Assembly: GCA_021790385.1 (NCBI GenBank)
Contig: JAJYDW010000002.1
Span: forward strand, 7,551 to 71,550
DNA from: Planctomycetota bacterium
Lineage (GTDB): Bacteria > Planctomycetota > Phycisphaerae > WQYP01
Reading direction: 5' to 3'
Length of the DNA: 64,000 nt
Each line of letters opens with the position of its first letter. The first letter of the stretch is position 1. The notes under the pieces were generated by a model, which did not search any database, had not been told where the DNA came from, and saw only the letters and a program-made list of their open reading frames with translations. Both the position numbers and the translations under genes were made by a program. This document shows positions 20,059-29,066 of the stretch, piece by piece.

Positions 20059-20667
20059 TTAGCCGGTGGCTGCACAGCGGACTTCCAGATACTCCAAAAT
20101 CAGGTGCAATATCACCTGATGCGCCTCCTGAATGGGCGCGGTGCGCTGGCTGGGTACCACCACCGATAAATCGCACAGTCGCAGATTTTCCCCACCACCT
20201 TTTCCCAGCAAGCCGATCACTTTTCCGCCCGCCTGGTGCATGGCATGACTGGCGCGAATCAGATTCTGGCTTTGGCCGCTGGAACTGAAAATCAGGAGCA
20301 CGTCGTCAGGCTTGGCGAAGGCTTGGACTTGCCGGGCAAACACCGTGGCAAAATCCCAGTCGTTACCTATGCAGGTTAAGGCCGTCCCATCCGCCGCCAG
20401 ACAAATGGCCGGTAACGCCCGTCGATCCGGCCGCGAATATTTGCCGGTAATTTCCTGGGCCAGATGCATGGCCTCCGCGGCGGAACCTCCGTTACCCGCG
20501 GTCAGCAGCTTGTTGCCACCCAGCAAGGCATCAGCCACGGCTGCGGCGATCTGCTCGATGGCCGAAAGTTGATCTTCCAGTGCCGCAATCACACGGCTGG
20601 AATCACGAATACAGTCCACCAGCAACTGCTTCCTTGCGGGTGGTGTCAAAGAGGAGGATGTGTTCAC
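20059..20667 (-). CDS. gmhA: SIS-domain phosphoheptose isomerase (D-sedoheptulose-7-phosphate isomerase)
   Basis: 202 aa. An SIS fold with GNGGSAAEA.H.A.E and a C-terminal ..E..H..ILH pattern typical of GmhA/DiaA. The link to heptose use is supported by the GT9 heptosyltransferase and kdsA elsewhere in the window. Confidence 0.75.
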   Translation of the reverse strand: MNTSSSLTPPARKQLLVDCIRDSSRVIAALEDQLSAIEQIAAAVADALLGGNKLLTAGNGGSAAEAMHLAQEITGKYSRPDRRALPAICLAADGTALTCIGNDWDFATVFARQVQAFAKPDDVLLIFSSSGQSQNLIRASHAMHQAGGKVIGLLGKGGGENLRLCDLSVVVPSQRTAPIQEAHQVILHLILEYLEVRCAATG

Positions 20668-21443
20668 GGACCAGGTCTCCTTAAAAAATACTTCCGGACA
20701 GGGCCTTCAGCCAGGCCCAACATACCCAGCGCCAACGCAGCGCTGATCGCCGTTGGCTCCCACCATGGCTGCAAAACTGGCATGGGAGTATTTTGTCCCA
20801 AACCCGTAAATTGATACATCAGCCTTGCATGCGACCACCAAAACCAGTTGAATCGCAAGGCCTGATCGGTACCATCCAGCAGCCACAACACTGGACAGGC
20901 ATTGACTATCAGTCCCAACAGCCGGTCATCGCGCCATTGGGTCAGATCCGCCAGCAGCGGCATGAGTACCACCGGCAAGGCGAGCAGGGCCATGGCCAGA
21001 GTAGCCGTAGTTGTCACCGCCACACTCGGCCCCAGCGGGTGCAACAGCCGGGTCAGCGCTACACACAGCAGCATCCATGCTGCCAGAATCGCCACAATGC
21101 GCAGTACCACCAGCATCGGCAGTTCGCCGGAACTGATTGTCGCAAGAACCAATGGCGGCACCAACGCCAGCACGATCAGGCCCAACCCGGTGGCTGTCAC
21201 TGCAGGGCGCGTGGCCTGCGCCGCTATCATAATCGCTGCCATGGTGGCCATAAGCATCAGCAACATCAGCCATCCGGCCAGCACAGCCGCCGCAGGCATG
21301 GCGGTGGCAATCCAGCCGGTACCGCCATGAACCGCACCGGAAATGGCTGCCCAGGCAACGGTGGCTCCTACCGCCAAAACCCCGGCCGGCCAAGCCGCAC
21401 CGGCGAATTCCGACACGGACAAAAATGACAAAGTCGAATTCAT
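20664..21443 (-). CDS. Hypothetical polytopic membrane protein
   Basis: 259 aa, highly hydrophobic and Ala/Leu-rich, with roughly 7 predicted TM segments. It overlaps the gmhA start by 4 nt, which suggests translational coupling. Confidence 0.5.
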   Translation of the reverse strand: MNSTLSFLSVSEFAGAAWPAGVLAVGATVAWAAISGAVHGGTGWIATAMPAAAVLAGWLMLLMLMATMAAIMIAAQATRPAVTATGLGLIVLALVPPLVLATISSGELPMLVVLRIVAILAAWMLLCVALTRLLHPLGPSVAVTTTATLAMALLALPVVLMPLLADLTQWRDDRLLGLIVNACPVLWLLDGTDQALRFNWFWWSHARLMYQFTGLGQNTPMPVLQPWWEPTAISAALALGMLGLAEGPVRKYFLRRPGP

Positions 21444-21609
21444 AGCTGCGGCATTTTACCCGAAAGATATCGGCGTGCCATTTCTATTCATGCTTTCCTG
21501 CGGCTGGTGCGGCAAGATTTCAGGGGGTATGAGGCTGTCAGGAAATAAAGTGTATGAATAGGCGCAGGCATTTTGAGCGCCGGCGAGGCACATACCCACC
21601 CGCACCCCG

Positions 21610-21728
21610 TTGAGCCATGGATGCCCAAATCCCGATGCGTTAGGGATCAAGCCATCGGGATTGAGCCACTGATGCCCAAATTTCCTGGCGCATCCGGAAC
21701 AGGCCACCGTAACAAGGATCAAGCCATC
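21610..21728. repeat. Imperfect direct repeats in intergenic region (TTGAGCCAyGGATGCCCAAAT x2; GGATCAAGCCATC x2)
   Basis: The 21-nt unit occurs at 21610-21630 and again at 21661-21681 with two mismatches. The 13-nt unit occurs at 21644-21656 and again at 21716-21728. Confidence 0.5.
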
Positions 21729-21762
21729 AGTATCTCGCGGGCCTTAGTCCGCGCCCCCTGCT

Positions 21763-21978
21763 CTACTGTTCAACTGTTCTGTTCTCGCGGGCCGATGAAT
21801 GGACCGGAGCCGGTTTGGACACAGGTGCGCTTTGTGTTGTGGCCGGCGCGGTTTCAGACTTTCCGGATTTCAACACCCGGGCAAAACTTATGATAATCAG
21901 CGTCAAAAGCGTCAGCAGGTAAATCCGCAGGACCAGAAGGGATGTCCTGACCAGCGGCGTCATTTTCATTCGTGGCAT
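21763..21978 (-). CDS. Hypothetical small single-pass membrane protein
   Basis: 71 aa. It has one hydrophobic helix (LLVLRIYLLTLLTLIIISF). It lies 28 nt downstream of the MgtE-N/CBS gene on the same strand. Confidence 0.3.
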   Translation of the reverse strand: MPRMKMTPLVRTSLLVLRIYLLTLLTLIIISFARVLKSGKSETAPATTQSAPVSKPAPVHSSARENRTVEQ

Positions 21979-22005
21979 CGAGCACCTGTTTCTATACGGA
22001 CTACG

Positions 22006-23337
22006 TCATACCCGCAAACGACTCATCAAGCCTTTGGTAATGTCATTGAAATGAATCACGCCCAGCAGATGATCACGATGATCCACCACCGGCAACATCC
22101 GAAAATGATACTTGAGAAACAATTCCGCCAGATCGTCGCGGGTGTCATCAGCAGCCGCAGTTACCACCGGCGAAACCATTAAATCGCCGAGTATCTGGTT
22201 ATCGCGTGCCAATACCAGGTCGCGTAGATCCACCACGCCCAGCAGCGTTTTATCTGCCGGTTGAACCACGTAAAGGTACGATATCGCCTCGTGCGGTTTG
22301 CCGGATCCGCGTATGGACGCCAGCACCGTGCCGACCGTTGTTTCCTTCGCAAACGCCAGATAATCCTCGTTCAGCATGGACTGGGCCACAGCTTCTCTTT
22401 GCGAGAGCAGTTCCCCAATTCGTTGCGACTGCTCCGCGGGCAGCAACCGCATCATCTTTACCGCGTCTTCATGCGGCAAAACGGAAAGTAAATCCGCGAG
22501 CTGCGGAATGGACATTTCCTGCAATATTTTGGTAGCTCGTTCCTGCCGCAGGTCGGCGATAAGTTGGCGCTGGGTGCGCGGTTCGGCCTCCACGAGCGTT
22601 TCCGCCGCGGTATCGGGAGCCAGGGCGGAAAACAGGGCCTGCTGCTCCTTGCCGGTGAGCTCCTCCAGCGTGTCCGCTAAATCCTCCGGAGGAAGTTCCG
22701 CAATCTGTTTACGGGTTATGGATAACCTTACCGCATCCCGCGGCAAAGTATCTTCCAGGGAAAGTGGCTGCACATATTTCCAGTTGATGAGATGTTCACG
22801 GGCATGAAGTATCCGGGAAAGACCCCACCGGCGAAGAAATCCATTGAAGGAAATATCGACATGCACCAGAATCATGCGCTCGTGCGATACCAGCAGATGC
22901 ACATCATTGACCACCTCGGTGCGCCGGCCGTCCATATCAAAAATCGTCTTTCCCATCAGGTGCGATTCCAGCAATATCCATCCCGGCTGGTCAATGAAAC
23001 GTGGAAATCCTTTTCCACACTGCAGCGTGGCCGGATCAGGCTGCTCCGGTGCCGAAACAAAAATATAATCGTCATCAATGCGCGTTACTTTCGACCACGG
23101 AATCAACTCCACGGGTTTACCCCAACCATGTTCCACCAGTATGCCGGTGGCTTCAGGATAAGCATCTGCCATTTTGAAGGCAATGTCGGCTATTTTTCCA
23201 ACGCGATCGGCTATTGTCGCCAGACATATTTTGCGCCCACGCAGCTCGGAATAGTAAAAAGTCCGGTAATCACGAACACCATTGGCGGCACCGGCCGGCA
23301 TTGGCGGCAGAGAGGAGCCTGGTACTGGTTTGGGCAT
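22006..23337 (-). CDS. Soluble PRC-barrel + MgtE N-terminal domain + CBS-pair protein (no MgtE transmembrane pore)
   Basis: It contains an MgtE-N-like helical domain (LADTLEELTGKEQQALFSALAPDTAAETLVEAEP...LLSVLPHEDAVKMMRLLPAEQSQRIGELL), followed by two CBS motifs. The ORF ends at the point where the MgtE TM domain would normally begin. The N-terminus has PRC-barrel-like repeats. The start is ambiguous (23409, 23337 or 23301) because the upstream gene overlaps it. Confidence 0.65.
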   Translation of the reverse strand: MPKPVPGSSLPPMPAGAANGVRDYRTFYYSELRGRKICLATIADRVGKIADIAFKMADAYPEATGILVEHGWGKPVELIPWSKVTRIDDDYIFVSAPEQPDPATLQCGKGFPRFIDQPGWILLESHLMGKTIFDMDGRRTEVVNDVHLLVSHERMILVHVDISFNGFLRRWGLSRILHAREHLINWKYVQPLSLEDTLPRDAVRLSITRKQIAELPPEDLADTLEELTGKEQQALFSALAPDTAAETLVEAEPRTQRQLIADLRQERATKILQEMSIPQLADLLSVLPHEDAVKMMRLLPAEQSQRIGELLSQREAVAQSMLNEDYLAFAKETTVGTVLASIRGSGKPHEAISYLYVVQPADKTLLGVVDLRDLVLARDNQILGDLMVSPVVTAAADDTRDDLAELFLKYHFRMLPVVDHRDHLLGVIHFNDITKGLMSRLRV

Positions 23338-23353
23338 GGTGCGACTCCATCTA

Positions 23354-24724
23354 TTATAGCCAATGGAAAATGCGCCCGGCGCGATGCCAGAAAGCAGGTT
23401 CCATGACATCCGGAAATATCTGCGTTATACCATACAGTGTTGACACCAGAATAACGAATATGGCAATCGACCAATTGGCTATGTTCTGCCAGAGGGTATT
23501 GACATATTGCCCCATGACATCCTTATCGTTGAGAATCAGGATCAGAAAGAAAAGACTTGATGGCAGCAGCGTAACAGCCACCACCTGGACAAAAATAGTA
23601 ATGTCATTTTGCACCGCGACACTGGCTATCACGGAAACCACTCCCGCCAACATCAACATGACCACATACGCTACATAAAACCAGGGGGCATCGCGCACCG
23701 ACTTGTTGAGCGAATGCGCCCAGCCGAACAATTCACCCAGCGCCCAACTTGTGGACAGGGAAACACACAAAGCGCCCAGCAACCCCGCGTCAAATAGGCC
23801 AATGGCAAAAAGAACCTCAGCCCATCGGCCCCAATCGGTCCCGGCCGGCATAACCTTGGGCATCTGCAAGGCTCCCTGCTGCGCGGAAGTTACCACCATC
23901 TTTCCATGCGGATTGAAATAAAATACCCCCGCCGTGGCGATGATGATAAACGCCGCCACTACACACGTTAACAGCGAACCCGCAAAGGTATCAATTTTCC
24001 CCATCTTGATATCGTGAACGTCCATGCCCTTATCCACCACCGCTGACTGCTGAAAGAATATCTGCCACGGCGTTATCGTCGTCCCAATGTTGGCCATAAT
24101 CAGCGTAATCATGGCTGACATCGGCAAAATTCCCACCAATGTCGGTGCGCAAAACCCTTTTCCCACCGCCAGCCAGCCCTCTTTGACATTGCCGGTCTGC
24201 ATTGCCCAGAATGCCGCCGGAATGTAGACAAAATTAAACAGGCAGAACAGCATGGTCAATTTTTCAAAAGTCCAGTATTTCCCGGTCACCACAATTCCAA
24301 AAAGCAGCAGGGTAACACCCAGAAAAGTCAGCCAGGCGGGAATACCAAAAATGCTCATGGCCTGGGTCATGCCGATATATTCGGTCACCAGCGTCAGCCA
24401 GTTGACCACCGCCAGATCAAAGATTGAAAAACAGCCCCAGAACGGACCGAAGGAATCGAAAATGGCCTCCGCATGGCCGCGCTTGGTCACCGCACCAAGC
24501 CGCACCGTCATCTCCTGCACGTAATAGGCCATGGGCACCAGAATAATAAATGCCCACAGCAGATTGAACCCGGTCAACGCTCCGGTCTGAACGTACGTGG
24601 ATATCCCGCCGGCATCGTTATCGGCAATCATGGTTATCATGCCCGGACCAATCACCGCAGCCAGCAGCAGCATACGCCGGCGCGAACGGCCCAGGTAGTG
24701 AATAGCTTTATTAATCCAATACAC
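23354..24724 (-). CDS. NRAMP (SLC11) family transporter, non-canonical NRMT-like
   Basis: 456 aa with about 11 TM segments. TM1 reads GPGMITMIADNDAGGIST, aligning with MntH GPGFLVAVGYIDPGNWAT (DPGN becomes DAGG). The TM6 region reads TTITPWQ, aligning with the canonical MPH (M to T, H to W). Confidence 0.7.
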   Translation of the reverse strand: MYWINKAIHYLGRSRRRMLLLAAVIGPGMITMIADNDAGGISTYVQTGALTGFNLLWAFIILVPMAYYVQEMTVRLGAVTKRGHAEAIFDSFGPFWGCFSIFDLAVVNWLTLVTEYIGMTQAMSIFGIPAWLTFLGVTLLLFGIVVTGKYWTFEKLTMLFCLFNFVYIPAAFWAMQTGNVKEGWLAVGKGFCAPTLVGILPMSAMITLIMANIGTTITPWQIFFQQSAVVDKGMDVHDIKMGKIDTFAGSLLTCVVAAFIIIATAGVFYFNPHGKMVVTSAQQGALQMPKVMPAGTDWGRWAEVLFAIGLFDAGLLGALCVSLSTSWALGELFGWAHSLNKSVRDAPWFYVAYVVMLMLAGVVSVIASVAVQNDITIFVQVVAVTLLPSSLFFLILILNDKDVMGQYVNTLWQNIANWSIAIFVILVSTLYGITQIFPDVMEPAFWHRAGRIFHWL

Positions 24725-24783
24725 CGATCACCTGACCTGGTTAGACCCACTGTTCCCGGATTACACGCCTACCGGCCGTCGAA

Positions 24784-24811
24784 ATTATACAAACCACGTC
24801 GCAGATGTCAC
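24784..24811 (-). promoter_or_regulatory. Putative sigma-70-type promoter of the NRAMP-like gene (-35 GTGACA, 16-nt spacer, extended -10 TGTATAAT)
   Basis: The minus strand reads gtgacatctgcgacgtggtttgtataat. The TATAAT is about 60 nt upstream of the ATG at 24724. The call assumes an E. coli-like consensus applies in this organism. Confidence 0.35.
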
Positions 24812-25005
24812 CTTGAAAATATTTGTATTGTGTTAGCACAACCAACGCTGTGGGGCGAGTGTGGTCAAAATTTATCGCCGACTGTCTGCCTGCCCGGATG
24901 GACGTTTTCCCAGTTGTCGTGGCGAACTCATCCAGGCCGGCAAACCGGCTGGGCACCGTGCTCGCCAACCAGACGTGGGCCGTTGGGGGCCGTTTGCGGC
25001 TTCGA

Positions 25006-25040
25006 TAAAAAAGAAAAGCCCGGCCTATGGCCGGGCTGGG
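25006..25040 (-). terminator. Rho-independent terminator downstream of the His-rich secreted protein gene
   Basis: The minus strand forms a GC stem (agcccggcc atag gccgggct) followed by tttctttttt. Confidence 0.6.
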
Positions 25041-25076
25041 AGTTTGAAAGATTCTCTGCTTGCAGTCATCTGCAAC

Positions 25077-25565
25077 TTAGTTTCCTGGCGGCGGACCATG
25101 CCTATGGCCATGCCCACGACGCGGCTTGCCCATGTGCAGGGTTATCGTTCCCGCACTCACCGATTGGCCGGATACCTTCACCGGCCGACGCAAATGCCCA
25201 AAGCCCACACCACGTTTCATCGCCACAATACGATACATACCGGCTCGGGCATTGTTCACGGTGAAGGTACCATCATCGGCAGTTTTAGTAACACCAAAAA
25301 CACTCGTGTGCCAAACGGTCTGGCCGGGTTCAATGCCGCCCGGGCGCCGACCATGATGTCGCCCGTGGTGGTTCATTCGCGGTGGCAGCAGCATAAGGCG
25401 CACAAATGCGCCGGCCACCGGCTGACCGCTGCTGTCCACCACTTTGCCGGTAATGGTGCCCGTACCGGCATTGGGCTGAGCCTGAGCATTAGCCGCCAAG
25501 GCCAGTGAGAACGCCAAAGCCAGCACGCCGGCCATGGCCAGAGACCAGGAAGGTAGTCTTTTCAT
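25077..25565 (-). CDS. Secreted carboxypeptidase-regulatory-like (CarbopepD_reg) domain protein with His-rich segments
   Basis: 162 aa. It has a signal peptide, then GTITGKVVDSSGQPVAGAFV (the CarbopepD_reg signature), and His-rich stretches (NHHGRHHGRRPGG; RRGHGHRHGPPPGN). Confidence 0.6.
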   Translation of the reverse strand: MKRLPSWSLAMAGVLALAFSLALAANAQAQPNAGTGTITGKVVDSSGQPVAGAFVRLMLLPPRMNHHGRHHGRRPGGIEPGQTVWHTSVFGVTKTADDGTFTVNNARAGMYRIVAMKRGVGFGHLRRPVKVSGQSVSAGTITLHMGKPRRGHGHRHGPPPGN

Positions 25566-25713
25566 AGCAGTAACTCCTTAAAAAGTGAAAGGCGCTATTT
25601 CACGTAACCTCCGAATGAACGCCACCCGGATGGATCACGTCAAGTCCGCCCCCGTTTTGGACTACGCTAGCTACACGCAGCACAGCATCAAAGGTTACAG
25701 ATGCCAGTAAGTT

Positions 25714-27024
25714 TCAGGCTTTGTGCTTTCCCGCGGTCATATTTTTGATAATGGCATCGCCGAAAGCACTGCACTTCACTTCCGTAGCCCCGCTCATCAG
25801 TCGGGCAAAATCATAGGTTACAACGCGCTGCCCAATCGTTTGCTCCAGGCCGCGGACAATGGCATCCGCCGCTTCCTGCCAGCCAAGATATTCCAGCATC
25901 ATCACACCCGAAAGAATAACACTGCCCGGATTCACCTTATCCTGATTGGCGTACTTCGGAGCGGTGCCGTGCGTGGCTTCAAAAATGGCGTGCCCACTTT
26001 TGTAATTGATGTTGCCTCCCGGCGCAATGCCGATACCCCCTACTTGCGCCGCCAAAGCGTCGCTTAGATAATCGCCGTTGAGATTGAGCGTCGCAATCAC
26101 ATCAAAGTCTTCCGGACGGGTCAGCACCTGCTGCAAGGTGATATCCGCGATCGCATCTTTAATGACGAGGCCGCCGGGCAATTTGCACCACGGGCCGCCG
26201 TCAATTTCGACGGCTCCATATTTTTCCTTGGCGACCTGGTAACCCCAGTCCCGAAAGGCGCCGGACGTATATTTCATGATGTTGCCCTTATGCACCAGCG
26301 TTACACTTTTGCGCTTGTGCTGCAGGGCGTAGTCTATGGCCGAAGCCACCAGACGCTGGGAGCCTTCTTTGCTGACCGGCTTGATACCCACACCGCAATG
26401 GTCCGGAAAACGGATTTTAGCGTAGGATTTTGGAAACTCGGTCTTGAGGAACGCCAGCAGCTTTTTTGCTTCAGCGGAATCGGCGGCCCACTCGATGCCT
26501 GCATATATATCTTCCGTGTTTTCCCGGAAAATGACCATGTCCACAGCTTCCGGACGTTTGACCGGACTGGGCACTCCGTTAAAGTAGCGCACGGGACGCA
26601 GACATACATACAAATCCAGCAGTTGCCGCAGGGCCACATTTAGCGAACGAATACCGCCGCCGACCGGGGTCGTCAGCGGACCCTTGATGCCGACAAGAAA
26701 GTGCCGGAAGGCCGCAACGGTTTCTTCCGGCAGCCAGGCCTGGGCATCGCCTTCAGGCGTGCCGGTTTTGAATTTATTAAATGATTTTTCACCGGCATAC
26801 ACCTCCATCCAGCAAATGCGGCGTTTGCCGGCGTACACCACCTTGACCGCCGCATCAAACACGCGGACGCTGGCACGCCAGATATCAGCCCCGGTGCCAT
26901 CGCCTTCAATAAAGGGAATAATCGGATGATCGGGCACCTGCAGTTTGTTCTGCTGCCCCATGGTAATGGGCTGGCCGTCTGCTGGAACGCTGACATGGGC
27001 AAAACTGGGGATAGTAACTGTCAT
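25714..27024 (-). CDS. icd: Isocitrate dehydrogenase (NADP-dependent, prokaryotic Icd type)
   Basis: 436 aa from the internal ATG (cat at 27022-27024). N-terminal [14 protein letters not shown], a C-terminal [13 protein letters not shown] motif, and a typical isocitrate/isopropylmalate dehydrogenase fold. The upstream 95 codons of the ORF are not conserved, so I trimmed them. Confidence 0.9.
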   Translation of the reverse strand: MTVTIPSFAHVSVPADGQPITMGQQNKLQVPDHPIIPFIEGDGTGADIWRASVRVFDAAVKVVYAGKRRICWMEVYAGEKSFNKFKTGTPEGDAQAWLPEETVAAFRHFLVGIKGPLTTPVGGGIRSLNVALRQLLDLYVCLRPVRYFNGVPSPVKRPEAVDMVIFRENTEDIYAGIEWAADSAEAKKLLAFLKTEFPKSYAKIRFPDHCGVGIKPVSKEGSQRLVASAIDYALQHKRKSVTLVHKGNIMKYTSGAFRDWGYQVAKEKYGAVEIDGGPWCKLPGGLVIKDAIADITLQQVLTRPEDFDVIATLNLNGDYLSDALAAQVGGIGIAPGGNINYKSGHAIFEATHGTAPKYANQDKVNPGSVILSGVMMLEYLGWQEAADAIVRGLEQTIGQRVVTYDFARLMSGATEVKCSAFGDAIIKNMTAGKHKA

Positions 27025-27143
27025 ACTGGTTATTTCCTGTTTTAAAATACCATTCGCACGCCGCACCAACACTATGCTAATGTAATGCACGCAGAAAGGC
27101 GACACAAGCCATTGCTGTCGCCGCCAGGCTGGCCACAGCGGGC

Positions 27144-29066
27144 TTATCGCCGTTTGAATTGCTTTTCCAGGTCGCGCAGCGTCAGGCGAATGGTGGTCGG
27201 CCGACCATGCGGGCAATTGCTGGAGCGTTCCACCTCGGTGCAACGTAACAACAAAGTGCGTATTTCTTCTGGCGTCAACGGATCGCCGGCTTTGATGGCC
27301 GCTTTGCAACTGGCCATGTCCAGCACCTCGTGCAGCAGGTCTTCATCAGAAATACGCCCGTTGAATTCCGTGATTTTATCCAATAACTCCCGCAGAAATT
27401 CCGTCGGATTAAGCCGGGCCAGCATCACCGGCAGACTCTGCACCGCCACGCTGGCGGAATCAAAGCAATCAGCCTCGATGCCAAGTTTGGTCAGCACCGG
27501 CCGCGCAATTTCAAAGGCCCCAAGCTGCCGTGGATTCACCGCAATAACCACCGGTAACAGCAACCGCTGGCTTTGCAGCGGACCATGGCGCACGCGGCTT
27601 AACATGTCTTCATAAATAATGCGTTCGTGCAATGCATGCTGATCTATAATCAGTACTCCCTGAGGTTCCTCTATTATCAGATAGCTCTGATGCACTTGGA
27701 TAAAACGCCCGATGCCGCGGGTGCTGCTCTGCTCATGAAGATTATAAGCAGCCGGTGCCGGATGGGCATGGGCGGAAACATTTTCCGCCGGCGGTTCACG
27801 GCCAGGAGCCGGCGGAACTGCCGCCACTGGAGTCGTCTGTGCTGGCGGCTGCGCCATCGGCAACGCCGCCGAATCATCAAAACGCGGACCGACCGGCCAG
27901 CCCATCTTCGGCTCTATGGCGGATGGCTGCCGGAAAAAATCAGCCATCACCTGCCGCGTGGTCTGCGCGGAACTGTTCGCCGGAGCCACGGCCCCACCAG
28001 CCGCTCCACCACCGGGGATGCGCACTGCCGGAGTCAAATCTCTTTTTAACAGTTCGCCGCGCACGGCCGCAAGCACGCTCCGATATGCCGCATTGGAATC
28101 ACGAAATCGCACCTCGGTTTTTTGCGGGTGAACGTTGACATCAAACGCGGCGGGATCCATTTGCAAAAATAGTACCGCCAGCGGCTGGGCCGCCGGTTCA
28201 ATGAGGCCTCGATAGGCTTCCTTTACGGCATGCAGGACCGAGCGGTCCCGGATAAAACGGCCGTTAAGAAAGATATACTGAAAGCGGGAAGTAGCCCTGG
28301 CCACCTCCGGTGTACCGATAAAACCCGTTACTCCCACGCCATATTCGTCCGAATCCACAGGAATTAATTGATCGTAAAGCTCGCGCCCCAGTACCTGGGC
28401 AACACGCAGGCGATGATCGGAGGTCACGGGCAGATCCGCCACCGTGCGGCCGTTGTGCGACAAATTCAGACCGACGCCGGGAAAGGCCAGCGCCGTGCGG
28501 CTGACAATTTCGTGAATGTGGCCGAGTTCAGTGCTGTCGGCACGTAAAAATTTACGCCGCGCCGGCACGCAGTAAAACAGATCCCGGACTTCAATGGTCG
28601 TACCGGCGGCTGCGGCACAGGGTACGGGCGGCTCAATAACGCTTTCATGGGCGACAAGGCGCAGGGCCTGCTGGTCCTGCGGACGGCGCGTTACCAGAGT
28701 GGTATGGCTGACTCCGGCGATGGAGGCCAGTGCCTCCCCGCGAAAACCCATCGTCCGTATACAAAATAAATCCTCGACCGTGCGAATTTTGCTGGTGGCG
28801 TGACGGGCAAAGGCCAGCGGCGCATCCGCGGTCGACATTCCCGAACCATTATCACTCACGCGAATCAAGCCTCGACCGCCTCCTTCAATCGCGACAGTGA
28901 TCTGCGACGCCCCGGCGTCAACCGCGTTTTCCAGCAGCTCTTTGACCACGCTGGCCGGACGCTCCACCACTTCACCGGCGGCAATTTTATTGACCAGCGG
29001 ATCTGGCAATACCCGTATCATGCTCATGGACGGTTCAAGGGGCACGGTTGAGGTCTGCTTGGTCAT
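27144..29066 (-). CDS. mutL: DNA mismatch repair protein MutL
   Basis: It has a GHKL ATPase N-terminus ([43 protein letters not shown]) and a C-terminal dimerisation domain (QVHQSYLI...). The start is ambiguous among the Met codons at 29066, 29027 and 29021. Confidence 0.85.
   Translation of the reverse strand: MTKQTSTVPLEPSMSMIRVLPDPLVNKIAAGEVVERPASVVKELLENAVDAGASQITVAIEGGGRGLIRVSDNGSGMSTADAPLAFARHATSKIRTVEDLFCIRTMGFRGEALASIAGVSHTTLVTRRPQDQQALRLVAHESVIEPPVPCAAAAGTTIEVRDLFYCVPARRKFLRADSTELGHIHEIVSRTALAFPGVGLNLSHNGRTVADLPVTSDHRLRVAQVLGRELYDQLIPVDSDEYGVGVTGFIGTPEVARATSRFQYIFLNGRFIRDRSVLHAVKEAYRGLIEPAAQPLAVLFLQMDPAAFDVNVHPQKTEVRFRDSNAAYRSVLAAVRGELLKRDLTPAVRIPGGGAAGGAVAPANSSAQTTRQVMADFFRQPSAIEPKMGWPVGPRFDDSAALPMAQPPAQTTPVAAVPPAPGREPPAENVSAHAHPAPAAYNLHEQSSTRGIGRFIQVHQSYLIIEEPQGVLIIDQHALHERIIYEDMLSRVRHGPLQSQRLLLPVVIAVNPRQLGAFEIARPVLTKLGIEADCFDSASVAVQSLPVMLARLNPTEFLRELLDKITEFNGRISDEDLLHEVLDMASCKAAIKAGDPLTPEEIRTLLLRCTEVERSSNCPHGRPTTIRLTLRDLEKQFKRR

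Noticed and set aside
22006-23409. Annotating the CBS gene as a complete MgtE magnesium transporter
   Set aside because: The ORF terminates right after the second CBS motif, with no ~170-aa five-helix transmembrane domain. It is therefore a soluble MgtE-N/CBS protein, not a channel.
24725-25005. Possible M-box (Mg2+) riboswitch in the leader of the NRAMP-like gene
   Set aside because: The putative promoter (-10 TATAAT) is only ~60 nt from the ATG. That leaves too little leader for a ~160-nt M-box. I could not recognise M-box conserved segments by eye. A covariance-model search (Infernal/Rfam RF00380) would be decisive.
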